Origin: Pyrobaculum sp.
GTDB taxonomy: Archaea; Thermoproteota; Thermoprotei; Thermoproteales; Thermoproteaceae
Reading direction: 5' to 3'
Length of the DNA: 13,034 bases
Assembly (NCBI GenBank): GCA_046293555.1
Contig: JBKBOT010000013.1
Location: 1 to 13,034 of the forward strand
Shown here in pieces: positions 7,241 to 13,034 of the stretch (position 1 is its first letter; each line of letters starts with the position of its first letter). The translations under genes and the position numbers were made by a program. The notes under the pieces were generated by a model. It saw only the letters and a list, made by a program, of their open reading frames with translations. It was not told where the DNA came from and made no database searches.

Positions 7241-9157
7241 ATGTCTGGGTTAGGGCTATTTAAAGAACTTTGGAAGAACGAGAGGGAAAATCCCGAGAAG
7301 TTTTGGAACATACGTGTAGAGGAGTCGATGGAATATATCTACTGGTTTAAAAAGTGGGATAAGGTCCTCGAGTGGGATTATCCCAAGTTCTCATGGTTTA
7401 GAGGTGGGAGGACTAACGTGGCTTATAACTGTCTTGACTATAAGCTAAAAAAACACGGGCCTAAACCCGCCTATATTTATGAAAACCCAGAGCTGGGGCT
7501 AAGGCGTGTGGTGACTTACAGCGAGCTTTACGACATGGTTAAACAATACGCCGCCGCCCTACGGGGATTTGGGATAAGAAGGGGGGATAGGGTCATGCTT
7601 TATCTGCCCAACTCAATCGAGGCGGCGGCGATGATTTTAGCCGCCGCAAGAATTGGCGCCATATCGGTCACGGTATTTGCCGGGTTCTCGCCAAGAGCGG
7701 TGGCAGACAGAATTGAGCTAACTACCCCAAGGCTTATCTTCACTCAAGACTATCTGTCACGAAGGGGGAAATTAGTGGGGTTAAAAGAAAATATCGACAA
7801 AGCCCTGGCTCTCGCGCCAGAGGCGTCTAGAGGCGTCAAGGTGGTAGTGAAGAGGGCTATGCCCAAGCTAGAGCTTCAGCTAACAGAACGAGACATGTTG
7901 CTAGAGGACTTTCTAAAGCTAGGCAGCGGCGAGAGTGGCGACTATGTGGAGATAGAGGCCACAGAGCCTCTTTTCGTCATGCCCACCTCCGGCACTACGG
8001 CCAAGCCAAAGCCCGTAGTACACGTCGCCGGGGGGTATCAAGTCTGGAACTACTACTCCGCCAAGTGGGTCTACGGCCTAGCTGAAGACGACGTTGTGTT
8101 TAACACCTCCGATATAGGCTGGATAGTGGGACAGAGCTACATAGTCTTCGGCCCGTTGTTGGCAGGAGCCACCGCCATACTTTACGACGGCACGCCGGAC
8201 TACCCCCACCCAGGCGTCTGGTGGGAGGTAGTTACAAGAAATAAAGCCACGCTGATCTGGACCTCCCCCACCGGCGCCCGTATTCTTAGAAAAATCGGCG
8301 AGAAAGAGGCGGAGAAATACGACCTCTCTTCAGTCCGCCGCGTCGTCACTGCAGGCGAGGTGTTAAACCCAGAGGTGTGGCACTGGCTATACAACGTCTT
8401 TGGCCAACGCATCCCAATAATAGACCACATGTGGCAGACAGAAACCACCGGCGCACTCTTTGGCTACCCCTACGGCCTACTTGGCGACGAGGTCAAGAGG
8501 TACATAAAGCCCGGCTCGGCGGGCCTCCCACTGCCGGGGGTAGAGCCCGTGATTCTAGACGAGGCCGGTAGAGAGTTGCCGCCTGGCGAAAAGGGCGCGT
8601 TGTATCTCAAGAGGCCCTTCCCCGGCCTAACCCCCACGCTGTGGGACAGCTTTGAGAGATACGTCCAGTCCTACTGGGCTAAGGGGATGTACTACACGGG
8701 GGACTCCGCCTACATAGACCAAGACGGCTACATCTGGTTCGCCGGGAGAGCCGACGAGGTGTTAAAAATAGCTGGACATAGAATTGGGACAATAGAAGTA
8801 GAAAACGCCTTAGTAAGCCACCCAGCCGTAGCAGAGGCAGGCGTCTGCGGCATCCCCGACGAGATCCGTGGTGAGGTAATCGCAGCCTTTGTTGTCCTCA
8901 AGCCTGGATATACGCCTAGCGAACAACTCAAGAGAGAGCTGATTGAACACGTGAGAAAGACCTTTGGCCCAATTGCAGTCTTTAGAGACATACAGTTTGT
9001 CAACATGCTACCTAAGACGAGAAGCGGCAAAATCATGCGGAGAGTAATGAAAAGGCTCTTCTTAGGACAAGACTTAGGAGACCTCTCCACACTAGAAGAA
9101 GAGGCGTCGGTAGAAGAAATAAGAGAGGCAGTAGAAAAAATGAAAAAACTCGGCTAA
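7241..9157 (+). CDS. AMP-forming acetate/propionate-type acyl-CoA synthetase (Acs/PrpE family)
   Basis: WFRGGRTNVAYNCLD, TSGTTAKPK, SDIGWIVG, AGEVLNPE, WQTETTG, YYTGD, GRADEVLKIAGHRIGTIEVE and LPKTRSGKIMRR. Start is 7241 or 7235. Substrate uncertain. Confidence 0.92.
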   Translation: MSGLGLFKELWKNERENPEKFWNIRVEESMEYIYWFKKWDKVLEWDYPKFSWFRGGRTNVAYNCLDYKLKKHGPKPAYIYENPELGLRRVVTYSELYDMVKQYAAALRGFGIRRGDRVMLYLPNSIEAAAMILAAARIGAISVTVFAGFSPRAVADRIELTTPRLIFTQDYLSRRGKLVGLKENIDKALALAPEASRGVKVVVKRAMPKLELQLTERDMLLEDFLKLGSGESGDYVEIEATEPLFVMPTSGTTAKPKPVVHVAGGYQVWNYYSAKWVYGLAEDDVVFNTSDIGWIVGQSYIVFGPLLAGATAILYDGTPDYPHPGVWWEVVTRNKATLIWTSPTGARILRKIGEKEAEKYDLSSVRRVVTAGEVLNPEVWHWLYNVFGQRIPIIDHMWQTETTGALFGYPYGLLGDEVKRYIKPGSAGLPLPGVEPVILDEAGRELPPGEKGALYLKRPFPGLTPTLWDSFERYVQSYWAKGMYYTGDSAYIDQDGYIWFAGRADEVLKIAGHRIGTIEVENALVSHPAVAEAGVCGIPDEIRGEVIAAFVVLKPGYTPSEQLKRELIEHVRKTFGPIAVFRDIQFVNMLPKTRSGKIMRRVMKRLFLGQDLGDLSTLEEEASVEEIREAVEKMKKLG

Positions 9158-9554
9158 ATCCCCCAACTCCCCACATTTTGACCACTAGATGGGTTTTTCC
9201 TGGCTGTTTACGTCTACACTATTCCTTATGGTGTCTGGCGGCTGTTAAACCTAATGGCATAAGGCCTCTATCTAACAGTAAGGAAACTTAAAGTACCGCA
9301 ACACCCCCAGGGATGTTAAACTGAAAAACTACTAAACTCTCCCAACAAACTAGAAAACAGCCCATACATGCTCTAGTCAGCCTCAAGGCCTCTATGCCTC
9401 ACGACATTATTTCGACAGCCGGCCTTTCCACAAGTTAGCTGAGGAATAGAAATTTTTGAGAAGTCGACATGTTTTACTTTCAATTAAAATTAATATGGCT
9501 TTATTTATTTAACGAGATAGAAATGTTTAAATATTAGGTAATAACTAGATTTGT

Positions 9555-10043
9555 ATGAAAGTGTTAGCTGTGGGATATTTTCTTTCTGCATTTAATGCGC
9601 TTGCCCTCACCCCGCTAGGCCTATATCTATTCTTCCCCGCATTGGTAACGTATCCTGTCTCTATTGTCTTAAGAGGGTTGGGCTGGCGTAGGCTTAGGGA
9701 GAGGTTGGGCTCTCTAGGTAGCTTATACATGGCACTCTGGACGTTAGGCCCCGTCACCTACATATCTATCTTGTTATCTTTTTTTGGAGAAGTTAGGCCT
9801 TTGATATATTTGGCAACAGCCACCTGGGCTTTTTACTCAATTCTCGAGGCCACGCTGTACGTCACAGCCGCCAAAAACTTTACAAAAGTCTTCCTCCTCT
9901 CGCCTATTAGCTTAGTTGGGGTGGCCTTAGTAACCATCTCAGTAGTAAACGCCACCTTGCCGCCTGTCTCGAAGGACTCAACTACACGTGGGGGCACTAG
10001 GAGAAGGGGGATTAAGAAAAGGGGGATTACCGACGTCTCTTAA
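9555..10043 (+). CDS. Hypothetical integral membrane protein, possibly C-terminally truncated
   Basis: Four to five hydrophobic segments. TTTAAATA at 9526-9533 lies upstream. The last ~25 residues are basic and low-complexity, and overlap the convergent gene by 17 bp. Confidence 0.65.
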   Translation: MKVLAVGYFLSAFNALALTPLGLYLFFPALVTYPVSIVLRGLGWRRLRERLGSLGSLYMALWTLGPVTYISILLSFFGEVRPLIYLATATWAFYSILEATLYVTAAKNFTKVFLLSPISLVGVALVTISVVNATLPPVSKDSTTRGGTRRRGIKKRGITDVS

Positions 10044-10998
10044 GAAGCAGCAGTGTCGCCACGGCGGCGGCAGCCACAACGGCGATGGCTAGAGCCAACA
10101 TCTCGCCGCCTCGGTCTACAGTTGGCGTAGTGGTAGCCGTGGCCCCAGTTGGCTGCTGTATTGCGTCTATTAGCCTCTCTAATGTGGCTAAGTACTGTTT
10201 CTCAAAGGACACTGTCACCACTTTTGGCTCCACGCCGGCTGACCTCGCCTTTTCTACAAACTGATCTACTATCCTTAGCCTCTCGCCTCTCGTCACTGCC
10301 GCCACCGCGGGGGCCCCCGCCTTGAGGTATTCAACCGCCTTGTTTAAATCCTCCGGCGTGGGGGGCACCCCCGGCTCCTTAATCACCACCACGATATCCC
10401 TATAGCCGAGCCAATACAGCAGATACTGGGCCATTGGCGTAATGGCCACCGCCCTGCCGGAAAACCTACGCTCCAGCGCCTCCAGCCTTGCTAAAAACTC
10501 GCCGCTCGGCTTTAAGCCAGTTGCCCCAGCCACCTTCTCTACAAGAAGGCGGACGTTAGGCGGATAGACCCCATGGTCATGCATATTCACATGTTCATGT
10601 TCGTGTTTATGGTCGTGATGGTCGTGCTCGTGTTCATGTTCGTCGGCCTCCCTGAGGGTTATCTCCTTGTTGTCGTATGTTAGATATTTCTGGATTTTTG
10701 TGACGTCGATTACCTTCGCCTTGATTTCTCCCGTTTTTGCCAACTCGGCGATTTTTAGCTCGAAGGCCGCATGCATGGTGTTTATAATCACGTCGTTTGG
10801 CCCCAGGTTTTTCAAAAAGGCCAAGTCCTCCGGGGTGAGTTGATACTCGTGGGGATCTCCAACGCCCTTTGTTAATAACACCACGGTGGCGTCGGGGAAG
10901 GCCTCCCTCAAAACCACGTCATACGCCGGAAAGGTGGCCACAATTGTAGCCGCCGAAACCCATAGCGCTGCCAGCAGTACGGGGATGAGTCCACGCAT
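10027..10998 (-). CDS. ZnuA/TroA-like (cluster A-I) metal ABC transporter substrate-binding protein, about 323 aa
   Basis: Signal peptide MRGLIPVLLAALWVSA, IVATFP, GDPHEYQLTPED, His-rich loop DEHEHEHDHHDHKHEHEH, EPGVPPTPEDL, Thr-rich linker and C-terminal TM anchor ending KRRR. ATG 10998 has TTTAAATA at -27 to -20. Confidence 0.88.
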   Translation of the reverse strand: MRGLIPVLLAALWVSAATIVATFPAYDVVLREAFPDATVVLLTKGVGDPHEYQLTPEDLAFLKNLGPNDVIINTMHAAFELKIAELAKTGEIKAKVIDVTKIQKYLTYDNKEITLREADEHEHEHDHHDHKHEHEHVNMHDHGVYPPNVRLLVEKVAGATGLKPSGEFLARLEALERRFSGRAVAITPMAQYLLYWLGYRDIVVVIKEPGVPPTPEDLNKAVEYLKAGAPAVAAVTRGERLRIVDQFVEKARSAGVEPKVVTVSFEKQYLATLERLIDAIQQPTGATATTTPTVDRGGEMLALAIAVVAAAAVATLLLLKRRR

Positions 10999-11108
10999 AG
11001 GTGGAAAAACGTCCCCATATTTAAACCTTGTGCACGGAGCGCCGAAGAGAGCCCAGAGGAAAGTGAGCCAACGTGCACGCAAATCATAACGACAAGCCTT
11101 TCTATCCC

Positions 11109-11442
11109 ATGAAAAACGCCACATCTGCCAAGTTTTATAGCGGCCCCCCTACCTTACATAGATAGAGGCAACCCCTCCGCCTAGAGGGATTTACAACTCA
11201 AGCAGACCAACAATTAGACGTGGCTAGTAGTAACAAAAAGACGGGAGCTGAGGGAGAAGCTTACGCCGTCTGGCTTCCACCTTTTTCTTGTCACAACTGC
11301 CCACGACAACATGTCTATATGAGACGTAATTTTCTTAACCCTAGCCACCAGGAGAGACAGCTGCGCCGAGTTGACCCACGCGATGGCAGTGAGGTAAAGA
11401 TGTGTGGTGGAAGTCCTGGACACAAATAGCCAAAACCAATAA
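11109..11442 (+). pseudogene. Possible decayed PIN-domain (VapC-like) gene
   Basis: The frame starting at 11161, read through stops at 11182, 11215, 11320 and 11395, gives RDLQLKQTNN*TWLVVTKRRELREK...AHDNMSI*DVIFLTLA...VVEVLD. This resembles the PIN patterns DLalxEvxNalWk and itiYDalylaLA. A weak N-terminal piece MKNATSAKFY lies in another frame at 11109. Confidence 0.4.
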
Positions 11443-11495
11443 ACGTCCGGGGAGCGCATGGGGAGAGTTAAAATTTAATACCAAGACTTGTCCAT

Positions 11496-12227
11496 ATGGT
11501 GTCCGCCAAAAAGCCGCCGCAGGTTAACAGGCCGGGCTGGATCAACGTCGTGATTACCTCCTTCCGTGAGGAATTTAGGCAGTACCTCTCCGCCCATCTA
11601 CTGCGGTATGTAGTTATTGCGAATTTCTCCATCCCGCTTCTTATCATGGCCGTCGCTCTATATCTCGCGTGGGCATATGCGGACACCCCACAGTCGGCAC
11701 CACAGCTGGGGTTTGTGGCCGCCGCCGTCTTATTTCTGCCGGGGTTTTCTACCCTAATTGCCGCCGCCTGGTCTTTCGCCAGCCTAGAAAAAGACGGCAG
11801 GAGGCCCGCCGCGGTTTATCTTGGAAAAGGCCTAGCCTCAATAACGCTAGGCCTTATCTCCTTACTGATCGTCATGGCCATCCTTGCCTTCTGGCAGTCG
11901 TATTACGCCAGCGGGCGTCTTGACATACAGCTCTTTCTAGCGGCGATTTCTTTCGCGTCAGTTTTGTCTAGCTCTGCGGCTGGTGCCCTCCTCGCGGCTT
12001 TAACTAAAAACGTCGTGGCGACGGCGCTATTGGGAGGCCTAGCCGCCCCGGCTGCCCCCTACATAGCTCTGGCGCTGTGGCTCGCCAGATATGCGCATGT
12101 AGATGTGGGACTCCGCCACCTCGTGGCCATGTCTACAATAATTTCAGCCGCCCTCATGTTGTTCTACCCGTTGTTCATCCTGGCGGCTGGGAGGCTTACA
12201 GAAAGGCGGGCTAAGAGAGTCGGCTAG
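11496..12227 (+). CDS. ABC-2 type (NosY-like) transporter permease
   Basis: About six TM segments. N-terminal FREEFRQYL, SFASLEKDG..RPAAVYLGKGLA and GALLAALTKNVVATALLG match ABC-2 permease patterns. AT-rich TATA-like tract at 11468-11480. No ATPase in the window. Confidence 0.65.
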   Translation: MVSAKKPPQVNRPGWINVVITSFREEFRQYLSAHLLRYVVIANFSIPLLIMAVALYLAWAYADTPQSAPQLGFVAAAVLFLPGFSTLIAAAWSFASLEKDGRRPAAVYLGKGLASITLGLISLLIVMAILAFWQSYYASGRLDIQLFLAAISFASVLSSSAAGALLAALTKNVVATALLGGLAAPAAPYIALALWLARYAHVDVGLRHLVAMSTIISAALMLFYPLFILAAGRLTERRAKRVG

Positions 12228-12249
12228 CTGACGGCATCTGCCAGAGCCA

Positions 12250-12961
12250 ACGGCCGCGTTGTATTATGGCACCTCCCCCACGTCGCCGCCATCTCCGTCT
12301 TTCCCCATGTGGTCACTCCAGTCTACACCTCCTGTATACCACTCGCCAGTGATGCCACCGCCGGGAGTTATCCACCATGTTGCCAAACCTGTCGTAGCCT
12401 GAGCGGATCCCCACCGTGGCTGAGGAGGCCAACATGGGGCCCACCGTCCTCTAGCACCTTGCCGGAGATGGATAACGCCATTGTGGATCGCCCTGTTGTT
12501 CCAAACGGCCCCACATGCACTATGCCAGATACGTTGTCGAGCCTATTGCCGGCACTTAGAGCGGCATCCCGGCGCCGCTACACGCCAGCTCGTTACCACT
12601 CACCACGCCGTCAGATCTGCTAGACAGCTGTCTTGTCTCGCAGTGCCTTTACGCCACCATTTGCGAAATGCATATACCCCCACGTCGGCACCCCCACGGC
12701 GATTCCAGTCCACCTCAGACCCCCACACAGCCCCCGGCTAGATCTCGGCGTGTAGAGCCACAAACCCACCGCCGCAGTCTAGCGCAACCTCACCCTCCCT
12801 AACGTACCTGCCGTCCCTCTTAGAGACCTTAAGAGAGGGGTCGTGTTGTCAGACCCCACTGACGTGGTCATAGTGCCCCCATCTAAGATCCACGCCATCA
12901 CCCATGCGCCCACGGCGATAGCTTCCGGCCAGACCGTGGCGGCGTGGAGGTAAAACCGCAT
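12250..12961 (-). pseudogene. Heavily decayed NosD-like / CASH parallel beta-helix gene
   Basis: Collinear fragments across three minus-strand frames: HDPSLKVSKRDGRYV (12845-12801), WGYMHF (12682-12665), SDGVVSGNEL, SAGNRLDN and WSDHMGKDGDGGDVGEVP* (12320-12264). The last resembles the NosD C-terminal GNYWSDYxGxDxDGDGIGDVPY motif. An AT-rich TATA-like tract lies upstream at about 12985-13007. Confidence 0.55.
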
Positions 12962-13034
12962 TCTGGTATAGCCAAAATCTGTGAATATCTTTAAAATTTA
13001 TAAATATCCTTAATTTAGATACTATGTCTCAAAA

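Noticed and set aside
7117-7311. 64-aa minus-strand ORF
   Set aside because: An AT-rich artefact spanning the synthetase promoter and 5' end.
1421-9090. Many short ORFs antisense or out of frame within tpsp, gt, msc, orfY, treT and the acyl-CoA synthetase (e.g. 2155..2715, 8728..9090)
   Set aside because: They are shadows of well-supported genes with no recognisable motifs.
11057-11064. GAGGAAAG, resembling the RNase P RNA CR-I motif
   Set aside because: It lacks the following TCC and a matching CR-V, and the flanks are not GC-rich or helical enough.
10999-11124. 42-aa N-terminal extension of the solute-binding protein
   Set aside because: It precedes a clear signal peptide and contains the TATA box.
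12309-12741. Plus-strand ORFs 12309..12623 and 12481..12741
   Set aside because: Pro/Arg/Ser-rich antisense shadows of the minus-strand pseudogene.
12852-12881. Minus-strand WGHYDHVSGV resembling a metallo-beta-lactamase HxHxDH motif
   Set aside because: The first His is absent, no downstream MBL motifs were found, and the surrounding fragments fit NosD better.
1-13034. CRISPR arrays, tRNA/rRNA genes, transposases or integrases
   Set aside because: No regularly spaced repeats, cloverleaf or rRNA-like segments, or recombinase motifs were seen by eye.

Overview
Archaeal DNA, most likely a Pyrobaculum/Thermoproteus-like Thermoproteaceae genome. This is inferred from the gene content, the short TATA-containing spacers about 20-27 nt before start codons, and the overlapping genes. 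The core (727-7114) is a compact trehalose/osmotic-stress cluster with a fused trehalose-6-phosphate synthase/phosphatase (tpsp, +), a GT-B glycosyltransferase and a small mechanosensitive-channel-like protein (both -), and the orfY-treT pair (+). A short SAM-dependent methyltransferase lies head-to-head with tpsp. These trehalose components are known from Thermoproteus tenax, so the pathway itself is not new; the methyltransferase link and the roles of OrfY and the channel are the open questions. Downstream are an AMP-forming acyl-CoA synthetase with an atypical P-loop and PrpE-like pocket residues behind an AT-rich promoter with a 16-bp palindrome, a small membrane protein, an orphan His-rich metal-binding ABC solute-binding protein, and an orphan ABC-2/NosY-like permease. 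Reading across stops and frameshifts suggests three decayed genes absent from the ORF track: a NosD-like beta-helix gene (right end), a PIN/VapC-like gene (about 11.1-11.4 kb) and a signal-peptide gene (left end). All calls rest on manual motif recognition; no searches were run.
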